From: Candidatus Calescibacterium sp.
GTDB lineage: Bacteria; DRYD01
Length of the DNA: 64,000 nt
Direction of reading: 5' to 3'
NCBI GenBank assembly: GCA_025057615.1
Contig: JANXBF010000002.1
Coordinates: 16,654-80,653, forward strand
A program made the position numbers and the translations under genes. A model generated the notes under the pieces. The model ran no database searches. It was given only the letters and a program-made list of their open reading frames with translations, and had not been told where the DNA came from. This document shows, piece by piece, positions 37,814 to 48,286 of the stretch. Within the stretch, counting starts at the first letter, position 1. Each line of letters opens with the position of its first letter.

Positions 37814-38752
37814 TTGAATATTGCTGTTTTTTCATCAGGATCTTTATCCTTAGGGATTATTCAATACATTTTTGAGAATTTTTCTAACTTTATTTTGATA
37901 ACAAAAAGTGATAAACACCAAGGTAGGGGAATGAAAATAAGATCTAATATTGTTAAACAAAGAGTCACTGAAGTTTCAGAAAAAGTGAAGGTATATGAAT
38001 TTGATACTCTAAAAAAAATGGAAAATACCGAAGAAAAAGAAAGATTTGAAAATCTAAAAGATGATCTCAGAAATACGGACTTAGCTATTTCTTGTGATAT
38101 AGGTTTAATTATACCTGAGGAACTGATAAATTTACCAAAAATTTTTATAAATATTCATCCCTCATTGCTACCATTATACAGAGGGCCTTCTCCTATACAA
38201 TACACACTACTTAACGGTGACGAGTTAACAGGAATTACTATTTGCTTATTATCTAAGGAAGTAGATAAAGGTGACATAATTCTCCAATCTGTTTTAAGAG
38301 TTGAAGAAAATGATAATTTTCATACTTTAAAAGAGCGATTATCCAGTTTGGCTGTTAGTAGTTTCAAAAGGTTTATAAAAATGTATGAAAAAGGAGAACT
38401 ACAGTATTTTAAACAGGATGAAAATAAAGCAACATATACCAAAAAGATTGAGGATACAATTCTTGATTTTTCCAAAAGTGCAGAGTATTTGCATAACCAA
38501 GTAAGAGCTTTCTACCCCAATGCTTATATTGTAACAGAATTAAATAATCAACTGAAAAGAATAAAAATACTCAAGACTAAAGTATTGGAAAGTATTGATT
38601 TTGAAGTTTCTAAGAAAGGCTTATTTCTTTTTTCCAAAGATAGACTATTTTTACATAAGGATTCAAAAATGGTTGAAATACTTGAAATTCATGTAGAAGG
38701 TAAAAAACCTATCTCTCCTTTATCTTTTATAAATGGATATCTTAAGAAATGA
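37814..38752 (+). CDS. fmt: methionyl-tRNA formyltransferase
   Basis: DKHQGRG, NIHPSLLPLYRGPSPIQ, TGIT, VDKGDI and ATYTKKI motifs. Confidence 0.9.
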   Translation: MNIAVFSSGSLSLGIIQYIFENFSNFILITKSDKHQGRGMKIRSNIVKQRVTEVSEKVKVYEFDTLKKMENTEEKERFENLKDDLRNTDLAISCDIGLIIPEELINLPKIFINIHPSLLPLYRGPSPIQYTLLNGDELTGITICLLSKEVDKGDIILQSVLRVEENDNFHTLKERLSSLAVSSFKRFIKMYEKGELQYFKQDENKATYTKKIEDTILDFSKSAEYLHNQVRAFYPNAYIVTELNNQLKRIKILKTKVLESIDFEVSKKGLFLFSKDRLFLHKDSKMVEILEIHVEGKKPISPLSFINGYLKK

Positions 38753-39327
38753 ATATTAAGAAAGAAAATTTTTTGGAATTAAAAAAAATAGAAAAGCAGA
38801 TAAAAGAGTGTAGTAAGTGTAGGTTACATCAGTTCAGAAAAAATGCTGTTCCTGGAAACGGGGTATATAACACAAAGATCATGCTTGTAGGGGAGGCTCC
38901 AGGTAGAAACGAAGATATAGAAGGTTTACCTTTTGTTGGCCAGGCCGGAAAACTTCTTGAACAAATGTTGAACAATATAGGAATCTCTAGAAATGATATT
39001 TTTATTACCAATGTGGTGAAATGTAGACCCCCTGAAAATAGGGATCCATTGGATGATGAAATACAAACATGTAAACCATACTTGTTCAGACAAATAGAAC
39101 TCGTAAACCCGAAACTTATAATTTTGGTTGGTAAATATTCCATTAGTACAATATTGAACATTAACATCAAAATATCTCATATTAAAGGTAGAACTTTTGT
39201 TAAAGATGGAAGATATATTTTCTGCACTTATCACCCAGCTTTTATTCTTAGAAACTATTCTTCATATATAGAGGAATATACCTATCACTTTGAAAAAATA
39301 AAAAAAATTATAAATGAGTTTTTTTAG
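38749..39327 (+). CDS. uracil-DNA glycosylase family 4 (Fe-S)
   Basis: CSKCRL, VGEAPG, PFVGQAG, NVVKCRPPENRDP and YHPA motifs. Confidence 0.95.
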   Translation: MNIKKENFLELKKIEKQIKECSKCRLHQFRKNAVPGNGVYNTKIMLVGEAPGRNEDIEGLPFVGQAGKLLEQMLNNIGISRNDIFITNVVKCRPPENRDPLDDEIQTCKPYLFRQIELVNPKLIILVGKYSISTILNINIKISHIKGRTFVKDGRYIFCTYHPAFILRNYSSYIEEYTYHFEKIKKIINEFF

Positions 39328-39355
39328 AATTTAATTAAACTTATAGTTGAGCTTA

Positions 39356-39417
39356 TTAGGATATTTTAGGATATTTTAGGATTTTTTATCATGTTAGGAT
39401 AAATTGTTATTAGGAAT
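39356..39417. repeat. 10-bp tandem repeat TTAGGAT(A/T)TT plus two dispersed copies
   Basis: TTAGGATATT TTAGGATATT TTAGGATTTT, then TTAGGATA and TTAGGAAT. Confidence 0.75.
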
Positions 39418-39442
39418 CTTTAAAGGGAGATTTTTTTGGAGG

Positions 39443-40930
39443 ATGTTTACTAAAGGGTATATACTGTATTTGTGGTTAGCATTGTTCACAGTATTTGTTA
39501 GTATATTTAGTTTGATATTATTTGAATACGTCGGAAGTGATATAAAGGTAGTTAGGAAAATATACATGGAGACAAGAAAGTATTTTATAGATCAATAATC
39601 ATGGCAGTGGCAGAGATATATAAAGAGACTGAAAGAAAAAGAGGAAGATATCAAATAAATTTGGGCGGTATAAGATATAATTTAGAATATGAAATAACAA
39701 ATTTGAGTGGTACTGATATAATTGTGGACTTGAAAAAAGGAAGACATTTAGTAGCACGTGGAATGATTCGTATAAGAGAGAGATTTGATAAATTTGCTTT
39801 TATAACAGGGAAGAACCAAATAAATTTAATAGCTGGTAATTATTATTCATCTGGATGGTTGTTGGGACAGAGAATAAGTATAGAGGGGGATATAGATGTA
39901 AATAAGAAACCATTGAGTTTGGTAATGATAAGAGAGGACACTATAGTTAATGGAAAAGGCTCTAATAACATGGAAAATGTGAAGGAGTTGGAAAAATATG
40001 CTGATTTTGTCTCATACGGAGATAACAGACATGTATTGATGAGCTATTATAATCAGTTATATGATGAGTTGTACAATCAAACAAGGGATTATAGAGGTAT
40101 GGAGAGGTTTTATAATGTAAGTGGTTTACCAGCAAATCATCCACATAATTTTATAAGGCTAACGCCCTCGGGAATACTTTATATTGGTAGAAATAACTCT
40201 TATAAGAATATTGCCTTGCAGTTGTATGGCAATAGTTCTTACAATTCTATTTCACAGAATATAAGGATAATCGGAGTTAGTAATAATGATAGTTTGGTTG
40301 ATTTGGGGGAGTTCAATTTTTACAGTAATGTCTCGAAGACTGTCAATTACGGAACCATACTTATATCTAATGATCCTGAACTGTGGAAACTATAATAAAG
40401 TACGATAAAAGTACTATGCCGGTTCTATCTATCATTTCGGAAATGCCTATTGATATAGTTGGTTATTATGACTATCGAAGGAGAACTGCTCAAGGTTCTA
40501 TTGTTCTTTGGAAAATATTGATATTGACTAAAAAATCAGTAATAATTATTCTAATCCCTATCCTGAGTTAAAGATAGTAGCAGAAGAGATACTTTTAGAC
40601 TATAATTATCCTGACATATATAGATATCTTGGAACTGGGGTAAATTTAGTTAGTCCAAAATTTTTCCTAATGGGAAGCTTTATATCATTTTTTGATAATG
40701 ATAGTAGAATAGACATTATATCTACTCACGGTGAGATTCCTAGCATATACTTTTTTGGTTCTATTCAAGCTTTTAACTTGAATATATTAAATAGAAACGT
40801 ATCACAAGAATATGTGGTAGATAATAGACAAGCTTGTAAAGATGGAAATTCAATGATTGAGCCTTCAAACATCGATAATCAAGTCTATTTGAATACATTA
40901 GTTCCCTATTTTATAGAAGTTTATAAATGA
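39443..40930 (+). pseudogene. fragmented PilX-like / pilin-associated gene
   Basis: Prepilin-like start MFTKG-YILYLWLALFTVFVS, then consecutive pieces 39443-39598, 39601-40395, 40383-40571 and an open frame 40532-40930, separated by frameshifts and stops. Confidence 0.55.
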
Positions 40931-41436
40931 TTAGGGGATTGACAATAGTAGAAGTTGTAATTTCATTTTCTATAGCTCTAGTGTTGATAATATCATTATA
41001 TGTGATAGTATATTGGGGATCAAATTTTAATACTGTAAATGAAAAAATAATGGAAGTGAATAATGTACTTACTTTTATACAATCTGATATGTTAAAGAAC
41101 ATGACTTTGTACTTTGATTACGATCAGAATACAGGAAATATTTATCCCAGATCTAATATAGACGTTATAATTCAGGACAGAATAAGAAATAAAGGCTACA
41201 AAATAAGATTTGTTGAGAGTATAAATGTTATAAGTTTTGAAAAAGAGCAAAAGCCGGGGGGTGGAACGTTTGAAAATCTATACAGGGTTGGAATAAGAGT
41301 CAGATGGAAACATAAGAATTATAGTAAAAACTACGATGTTGAAATATTATTAAGCAGTTACGATTACAAAAAAATAATCTCAGGTCAGAATCTTGGTGCA
41401 GTGAGTTTGAGTTTAAATATACCAAGTACTCACTAG
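40927..41436 (+). CDS. type IV minor pilin / pseudopilin (PilV-like)
   Basis: Class III signal MIRG|LTIVEVVISFSIAL with E5; C-terminal YRVGIRVRW strand. Confidence 0.8.
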   Translation: MIRGLTIVEVVISFSIALVLIISLYVIVYWGSNFNTVNEKIMEVNNVLTFIQSDMLKNMTLYFDYDQNTGNIYPRSNIDVIIQDRIRNKGYKIRFVESINVISFEKEQKPGGGTFENLYRVGIRVRWKHKNYSKNYDVEILLSSYDYKKIISGQNLGAVSLSLNIPSTH

Positions 41437-41870
41437 TATGTATAACACAACTATTCAGAGGCCGTGAATTTAAATTTGTATCTTATCAAAAAGAATTAGG
41501 TGTGTGCAGCGAGGTTTTTGTAGCCACATATTTTTTAGCCAGTATTCATCATATCCAACGACGTTATTCGAAAAAGCTAGTCTATGGTTAAAATACACTA
41601 AATATATCTTATAAAGTATTGATAGATTATCTACTTCATTAGTTGTTTTTTCCCATGTTTATGATTTAATTGATGGACATAATATTCCTATGTAGATGTT
41701 GGATCTATCCGTTCCTGGGTTTTCTACTCTTGAACCGAAAAATAACATAGCGTAATCTTTGCTATCCAGATATTTTGAGAAAATTGAAGCTAATTGTTTT
41801 TTAGCTTATTTATATCGTAATATTCTAATTTCGTCTCAATTTATATTTTTTATTATTTTTTGAATTATTT

Positions 41871-42557
41871 TTAGACGACTTGTTTGTCAAAAATTTCTCC
41901 GGGTTTGAGAACTATACATTTGGTTTCTGTTTGTTTTTCAACCAATTCTTTGAATTCATAAGGGTTTGCTTTTATTAGATCAAATGTGTTATAGTGCATT
42001 GGTATTGTATATTGTGGTTGAATAATTTTCACTGCTTCTACAGCTTCTTCTATGTCCATTGTGAAAAGTCCTCCTATTGGTAGCATGGCTATTTCAATGT
42101 TATAGCGGGGGAGTAATTGCATTTCTGCATTTAGGCAGGTATCACCCGCATGGTAGATTGTGGTTTTATCTATGTTTATAACAATGGAGGTGGCTAGTCC
42201 TGCATAGTTACCCTCAGGAGTTGAGCTTCCATGGAAAGCAGGGAGAAATTTTATGTATCCCCATTCAAACTTTATTTTTCCTCCCATATAGGCTCCGTTG
42301 GCTTCTATACCTTTGTTGATAAAGTAATTTGATAATTCAAAATTACACCATATTTGGCTTCTGAATTTTTTGTATATGTTTTCCACATCTGCTATATGGT
42401 CAAAGTGTCCATGGGTAACAAGTACATAATCTATCTTTGGGAGGTTGTCTATGGAAAGTAATTGGTTGGAGGGGTTGTTATTTATCCAGGGATCTATTAT
42501 GATATTTTTTGAAGCTAGTACAAGAAAACAAGAGTGCCCAATATATTGTATTTTCAT
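41871..42557 (-). CDS. metallo-beta-lactamase-fold metal-dependent hydrolase (UPF0173-like)
   Basis: GHSCF, IDPW, THGHFDH, YHAGDT, LPIGG and PMHYNTF motifs. Confidence 0.92.
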   Translation of the reverse strand: MKIQYIGHSCFLVLASKNIIIDPWINNNPSNQLLSIDNLPKIDYVLVTHGHFDHIADVENIYKKFRSQIWCNFELSNYFINKGIEANGAYMGGKIKFEWGYIKFLPAFHGSSTPEGNYAGLATSIVINIDKTTIYHAGDTCLNAEMQLLPRYNIEIAMLPIGGLFTMDIEEAVEAVKIIQPQYTIPMHYNTFDLIKANPYEFKELVEKQTETKCIVLKPGEIFDKQVV

Positions 42558-42752
42558 TCTTCTCACCCCCTTGTGAAACATATTCTCTAAGGAAATTAAT
42601 TATACCTTTTACTCTTTTAAAAGTATTGTAAATGTATGAATGGATTTTTACAGAGTTGTATGAAGAACTTTTAAATTTTTCATTTTTTGATTAGGAATTT
42701 TTATAAAAATTTTTAAATATAAAATGAGGGATTAATAGAAAGGAGGAAAAAA

Positions 42753-44015
42753 ATGAAGGTACTTATAACAATAGTATATGTTCTGGTGTTTTTAACGATA
42801 GTTACTTTTGCAGAGGATGTAAGAATTAATTTCTGGCATTCTTTCTCTCCCAAATCTATGACGGGTAAAGCTTTGCAATCGTTGATAGATGAATTTAATC
42901 AAAAAGGTTTCAAAATTAACGGCAAAAAAATATTTGTGGATAGTATCTATAAGGGAGGTCATGGTAGTTTTAATAATCCTTATAATTTTCTATTTTCTGA
43001 GCTTTTGAAGGCGAGTTATGAGAAAAAGTTACCTCATGTCTCAATAGCTTACGAAAATTGGGTTTCACAGTTTTACGAAGTGGATGTCATTAGGGATTTC
43101 AACTCTTTTAATAGCACTGAAATTAAGGATTACATTAATAACCTCTATCCAGAGTTTAGACGTTCTTCTGAAATTGATGGAAAAGTTTATTCATTGAGTT
43201 TTAATAAAAGTTTGTTTGTATTGTATTATAACTCTAAATATGTTGATGCTATTCCTACAGATTTTAATAAGTTTATCGTGAAATTGGAAGAAATAAGAAA
43301 TAAAACCGGTAAAGCTCCTTTATATCTTGAACCAAATGAAGATGTTTTTATAATTCTCTACCTGCTTTCTGTTTCTGAAGACTTTTTCCGAATGGGTTCT
43401 AAAATACAACCTTTATTTTTAGGTGAGAACTTACAAAAAGTTACAAGACTTGTAAATGAACTTGAGAGTAAAGGTTTAATAAAATGGACTGATAATTCAT
43501 ATGAGGATTTTATAAAAAACCGAGCACCTATAATACTGGCAACTACTAGTAAATACACCGATTTGAAAATGAGAAGTCGTGATTACTATATTTCTCCATT
43601 ACCCGCTGATAAGGGTAAAATATATGCTGCTGGAACAAATCTGGTGATATTTAAGTCAAACGAAGAAGAAGAGCTTGCTTCCCTTGAATTTATTAAATAC
43701 CTTGTGGATCCAGTTAATTTGGAAAAGTTCTGCATCAGTACTGGCTATATTGTTCCTACTTTAAGTTATAGCAAAGTTTACAATGAATTTTTGGATACAA
43801 ACCCAGATTACAAGAGAGTTCTTGAATACAGTAAAGATAGGATTTATGTTCAACAGCCTGTATGGGCTTGGGAAAATGTTAGATATTTTCTTAACGATTA
43901 CATGTTATCAGTTTTTGTAAATAAGCTATCAGTAGAAATACAACAGAGAGATTTAGAGCAAAAAGTTAAACAGATAATGGTAAATCAGAATTTGAAATAT
44001 AGAGAGGGGGGATAA
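42753..44015 (+). CDS. ABC transporter extracellular solute-binding protein (sugar/G3P family)
   Basis: Signal peptide, INFWHSF, LIDEFN, NKSLFVLYYN, GTNL and TGYIV. Confidence 0.82.
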   Translation: MKVLITIVYVLVFLTIVTFAEDVRINFWHSFSPKSMTGKALQSLIDEFNQKGFKINGKKIFVDSIYKGGHGSFNNPYNFLFSELLKASYEKKLPHVSIAYENWVSQFYEVDVIRDFNSFNSTEIKDYINNLYPEFRRSSEIDGKVYSLSFNKSLFVLYYNSKYVDAIPTDFNKFIVKLEEIRNKTGKAPLYLEPNEDVFIILYLLSVSEDFFRMGSKIQPLFLGENLQKVTRLVNELESKGLIKWTDNSYEDFIKNRAPIILATTSKYTDLKMRSRDYYISPLPADKGKIYAAGTNLVIFKSNEEEELASLEFIKYLVDPVNLEKFCISTGYIVPTLSYSKVYNEFLDTNPDYKRVLEYSKDRIYVQQPVWAWENVRYFLNDYMLSVFVNKLSVEIQQRDLEQKVKQIMVNQNLKYREGG

Positions 44016-44018
44016 ATA

Positions 44019-44210
44019 TTGAGTGAATATGAAATAAATGAGTATGAATCAAAAGATATGGAGACCGAGAGTCTGGAACGCTTAATGTTAAAGGAATTTA
44101 AGAACATTATAAGAATATGTGATATATGTGGTGAAGAGATGCTTCTTGATGACGAAAATACTTTCATATGCCAAGGATGTGGATATCATCTTAAAGTTGA
44201 TACGAAATGA
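44019..44210 (+). CDS. small acidic zinc-ribbon protein
   Basis: CDICG...CQGCG; GAGGGGG RBS before a TTG start. Confidence 0.6.
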   Translation: MSEYEINEYESKDMETESLERLMLKEFKNIIRICDICGEEMLLDDENTFICQGCGYHLKVDTK

Positions 44211-44245
44211 AAGGTATAAAAATATATAAGTAGAATAAAATATAG

Positions 44246-45580
44246 ATGATTAGAACAAAAAATTTTAGCGTCATAACTCTCGGGTGTTCAAAAAATACCG
44301 TTGATAGTGAGCTTTTAATTGCTTCTCTAATTGATAAAGGATACAGGTATTCCGATAACATATTGGATAGTAGTTTTATTATTATAAACACTTGTGGTTT
44401 TATAAAACCTGCAATAAACCAGTCTTTAGAAACAATCAAAAATGTTGTGAAAACAATAAAGGACAATAAAGTCAATTCAAAGGTGATTGTGTCCGGTTGT
44501 TTGGTAAGTAGGTATAAAAATAAAATAGTTGATGATCTTAAAGATGTTGATGCTTTTTATGATACCAATTCTTTTTTTCAAATTCCTTTTGATGTTGAGA
44601 AAATAAGGAGCGGTAAAAAAATATTCAGTGTTTCACAATATACCCCAGATTATTCTTCAAAATTGTCCAAATTTGTATCAACCGGCTATTATTCGTACGT
44701 AAAGATAGCAGAGGGATGTAATCATACATGTTCTTTTTGTGCCATTCCTTTGATAAGGGGTAAGTACAAGTCAAGAACTATAGAAGACATAGTCAGTGAA
44801 GTAAAAAAGTTGGTTAACATAGGTATAAAGGAAGTGATTCTAGTTTCTCAGGATACTTCATTTTATGGGTACGATATATATAAGAAACTTTCTCTAGATA
44901 GGTTGTTATATTCTCTTAGTGAGTTGGATGGTGACTTTTGGATCAGACTACTTTATTTATATCCAACAACTTTGAATAAATCTGCTTTGAATGTTATCGG
45001 TCAGTCTCCAAAAATAGTCAAGTATATTGATATTCCTCTGCAACATGTTAGTTCCAATGTTCTTAAGGCTATGAGAAGACCAGGAAATAAGGATTTCTAT
45101 AAAGATATGATTTATCAAATAAGGAATATTATACCTGATGTTGTTATAAGATCAACTTTTATAGTTGGGCATCCTATGGAGGAAGAAGAGGATTTCTTGG
45201 AGTTGATGGAATTTCTCAAGGAAGTAAAAATAGAAAGGGCTGGATTTTTTAAATATTACCGAGAAAAAAATACTCCCTCTTATTCCTTGCCACAGGTTGA
45301 TTATAAAACAAAAAGAAAAAGGTATAGTATGGTAACTTCTCTTCAGGATAGGATCCTTAAGGAGTGGTCTCTAAAACAAATTGGTAAAGTATTTAAGACT
45401 CTTATTACTGAAGAGAATGAAGATTACTATGTTGGTAGGGCTTATTTTGATGCTCCAGAAGTTGATTCGAGTATAAAAATATCGAAAAATAAAAAGAAAA
45501 AGATTTTAGTTGGGCAGTTCTATGATATCCAAATAACGGGTTTCGAGGAGTATGATTTTTATGGATCATGTGTTAGTTAG
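44246..45580 (+). CDS. rimO: ribosomal protein S12 methylthiotransferase
   Basis: LGCSKNTVDSE, NTCGFI, GCNHTCSFC radical-SAM motif, DAPEVD TRAM region. Confidence 0.93.
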   Translation: MIRTKNFSVITLGCSKNTVDSELLIASLIDKGYRYSDNILDSSFIIINTCGFIKPAINQSLETIKNVVKTIKDNKVNSKVIVSGCLVSRYKNKIVDDLKDVDAFYDTNSFFQIPFDVEKIRSGKKIFSVSQYTPDYSSKLSKFVSTGYYSYVKIAEGCNHTCSFCAIPLIRGKYKSRTIEDIVSEVKKLVNIGIKEVILVSQDTSFYGYDIYKKLSLDRLLYSLSELDGDFWIRLLYLYPTTLNKSALNVIGQSPKIVKYIDIPLQHVSSNVLKAMRRPGNKDFYKDMIYQIRNIIPDVVIRSTFIVGHPMEEEEDFLELMEFLKEVKIERAGFFKYYREKNTPSYSLPQVDYKTKRKRYSMVTSLQDRILKEWSLKQIGKVFKTLITEENEDYYVGRAYFDAPEVDSSIKISKNKKKKILVGQFYDIQITGFEEYDFYGSCVS

Positions 45581-46559
45581 TGGAATGAGACCAACCGGTA
45601 AATTACATATAGGCCATATATTTGGAACACTCAGCAACTGGGTTAATTATCAGGACAAATATAAGTGTTATTTTATAGTTGTTGATTGGCATGCTTTAAC
45701 GACAAATTATGAGAATACTAAGGATATATCTTCAAATGTTATAGAGGTTCTGATTGACTATCTTGCCTTTGGCTTGGATCCATTAAAGAGTACTATCTAC
45801 CTTCAGTCTATGGTTGAGGAAGTTGCTGTTTTACATCTTATTTTATCTATGATAACCCCTATAAGTTGGTTAGAGAGGGTGCCTTCTTTTAAAGATCAGA
45901 TACAGCAGCTTGGAAAAAGTATAGCCACTTATGGTTTTTTGGGTTATCCCGTTTTGATGACTTCTGATATACTTATTTTTAACGGCAAATATGTTCCGGT
46001 TGGTCAGGATCAGATACCACATCTTGAGTTGGCAAGGGAAATAGCAAGGAGATTCAATTTTTTGTATGGGGACACTTTTGTTGAACCAGAACCTCTATTA
46101 ACTGAAACACCTTATATTCCAGGATTTGATGGCAGAAAAATGAGTAAAAGCTACAACAATGCGATATTTATAGATGAATCAGAAGAAGAAACTGAAGAGA
46201 AAGTAAAAAAATATATAACTGATCCCCAGAAGATATACAAGCACTCTCCTGGAAGACCTGAAGTTTGCAATGTTTTTACCTTACATAAAGCTTTTAAGAA
46301 TTCTGAAATTGAAGAAATAGAACAAAGTTGTAAATCTGGAAAGCTCGGATGTGTAGAATGTAAGAAAAAACTATCTAAGTTAATAAACTCTTCTCTAAAA
46401 CCAATAAGGGAAAAAAGAAGAGATTTACAAAAGAATAAGAATAAGCTTCTTGAAATATTGATAGATGGTTCTAAGAAGGCTAAAAAGGTTGCAAAACAAA
46501 AAATTGAAGAAGTTAATCAAAAGGTTAATATTGGTTTACTAAGGGGTGTTCAATTATGA
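45561..46559 (+). CDS. trpS: tryptophan--tRNA ligase
   Basis: SGMRPTGKLHIGH, DWHALT, VPVGQDQ and KMSKS motifs. Confidence 0.97.
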   Translation: MDHVLVSGMRPTGKLHIGHIFGTLSNWVNYQDKYKCYFIVVDWHALTTNYENTKDISSNVIEVLIDYLAFGLDPLKSTIYLQSMVEEVAVLHLILSMITPISWLERVPSFKDQIQQLGKSIATYGFLGYPVLMTSDILIFNGKYVPVGQDQIPHLELAREIARRFNFLYGDTFVEPEPLLTETPYIPGFDGRKMSKSYNNAIFIDESEEETEEKVKKYITDPQKIYKHSPGRPEVCNVFTLHKAFKNSEIEEIEQSCKSGKLGCVECKKKLSKLINSSLKPIREKRRDLQKNKNKLLEILIDGSKKAKKVAKQKIEEVNQKVNIGLLRGVQL

Positions 46560-46939
46560 AAAAGATTATGGTAGTAGATGATGATCCAAATATAGTTGAA
46601 TTGGTAAGAAAAATACTAGATTTGGAGGGTTACCAAAGTATAGGAGCGAACGGTTCTAAAGATGCTCTCGTTATTCTTGATGAGTATTGGAAAGATATTG
46701 GTTTAATAATTTGTGACTATATGATGCCTGAAATGGACGGTTTGGAACTTGTGAGAAATATTAGAAAAAATCCTTTATACAATGATATAAAAATTATAAT
46801 GTTAACTGCAATAGATACTTATGATATAATAAAACAGAGTATGGTTTTGGGAGTAGATGATTATATAGTTAAGCCTTTTGACCCACAGGAGGTTATTAAT
46901 GCAATAGAAAGGATAAAAGAAGATGAAGTCAAGAGTTAA
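46556..46939 (+). CDS. single-domain response regulator (CheY-like)
   Basis: VVDDD, CDYMMPEMDG, MLTA and KPF motifs. Confidence 0.93.
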   Translation: MKKIMVVDDDPNIVELVRKILDLEGYQSIGANGSKDALVILDEYWKDIGLIICDYMMPEMDGLELVRNIRKNPLYNDIKIIMLTAIDTYDIIKQSMVLGVDDYIVKPFDPQEVINAIERIKEDEVKS

Positions 46940-47582
46940 AGTAATTTTTGTTCTTTTTATTTTTGTTTTTACTGTTGTTTTTTCTAATGTCAGTACGGTG
47001 AAGAAATATGAAAGTAGGGCAGAGTCTTCTTATAGGTATGCCAAAGAGTATGCTTTACAGAGGGATTATATCAAATCGTTAGTTAGTTATGTTGAATCAA
47101 TAACTTATTACACTTTGGCTTATCACGTTTATATTGATGAGCTCAAGGATAAGAATAATTTTTTTAGGCTTTCGGATATTGTTCTTAAGTTATCAATAGA
47201 AAGTGATGAAATAAATAAGAAAGCTTTTGAACAAACAAAAGATAATGACAAGAAAAATAATATACTCAATATAAAATCCTCTAACTATCTAAATATTGCA
47301 TCTACTTTGCAAAAAATGTATGGAGTTGATTATAAAATTGCAACGGAAAAATATGAAGAATTTAAGAAGAGCCTGAATGTGGAAGATAGTATAATATTGG
47401 GAATTGCAAAATATTTTGCAAAGTCAATAGATATACAACTCAGCTTAAAAGATCGTATGAAAGCAAAAGAATACTTCTATCAGTTGAATACATATTATAA
47501 TACTTTGGATAACAGAATAAGAGACAAATACTCTGTTAAAGAGATAGTTGATTTTTATAGAAAAAAAATAGATAGTTATTAA
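46923..47582 (+). CDS. hypothetical exported helical protein
   Basis: N-terminal signal/anchor MKSRVKVIFVLFIFVFTVVFS. Confidence 0.65.
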   Translation: MKSRVKVIFVLFIFVFTVVFSNVSTVKKYESRAESSYRYAKEYALQRDYIKSLVSYVESITYYTLAYHVYIDELKDKNNFFRLSDIVLKLSIESDEINKKAFEQTKDNDKKNNILNIKSSNYLNIASTLQKMYGVDYKIATEKYEEFKKSLNVEDSIILGIAKYFAKSIDIQLSLKDRMKAKEYFYQLNTYYNTLDNRIRDKYSVKEIVDFYRKKIDSY

Positions 47583-47594
47583 GGGGGTGTTTTA

Positions 47595-48284
47595 ATGTCC
47601 GAAGCCAAAATACTTATCGTTGATGATGAAAAAAACATTGTAGAATTGATAAAATTCCACCTTAAAAAAGAAAGTTATAGAATATTGGAAGCTTATAAAG
47701 GTAGAGATGCTATAGAGGTATATAGGAAAGAGAAACCAGATCTTATAATATTGGACTTGATGCTTCCTGATATGGGAGGTTTTGAAGTTTGTAAATCAAT
47801 TAGAAAGGAAAGTAAGGTTCCTATAATAATGTTGACTGCCAAAGGAGAAGAAGTTGATAAGATCTTAGGATTTGAATTGGGAGCAGACGATTATATTACT
47901 AAGCCTTTCAGTCCCAGGGAGTTGCTTGCCAGAATAAAAGCGATACTCAAAAGATCCAGAATGAATCCTAATGAGGCCAATGAAATTTCTATAGGGCCAT
48001 TTAAAATAAATGCGACAACGAGAGAAATATACAAAGAAGAAAATCTTTTGGAATTGAAACCGAAAGAATTTGATCTTCTAAAATTGTTTTTAACAAATCC
48101 TGGTAGGGTTTTTTCTAGACAGTATTTACTTGAACAGATTTGGGGCTATGATTATTTAGGTGATACACGAACTGTTGATGTTCACATAAGAAGGCTTAGA
48201 CAAAAAGTTGAAGACAATCCTGATAATCCCCTATACATTAGAACTGTTCATGGTGTTGGTTATAAATTCGTCATAGAAGAATAA
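47595..48284 (+). CDS. OmpR/PhoB-family response regulator (PhoP/WalR-like)
   Basis: IVDDE, LDLMLP, GADDYITKPF, winged helix TRTVDVHIRRLRQK and IRTVHGVGY. Confidence 0.95.
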   Translation: MSEAKILIVDDEKNIVELIKFHLKKESYRILEAYKGRDAIEVYRKEKPDLIILDLMLPDMGGFEVCKSIRKESKVPIIMLTAKGEEVDKILGFELGADDYITKPFSPRELLARIKAILKRSRMNPNEANEISIGPFKINATTREIYKEENLLELKPKEFDLLKLFLTNPGRVFSRQYLLEQIWGYDYLGDTRTVDVHIRRLRQKVEDNPDNPLYIRTVHGVGYKFVIEE

Positions 48285-48286
48285 TT

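Noticed and set aside
39356-39417. Possible CRISPR array
   Set aside because: The units are 10 bp with no unique spacers, and there are no cas genes in the window.
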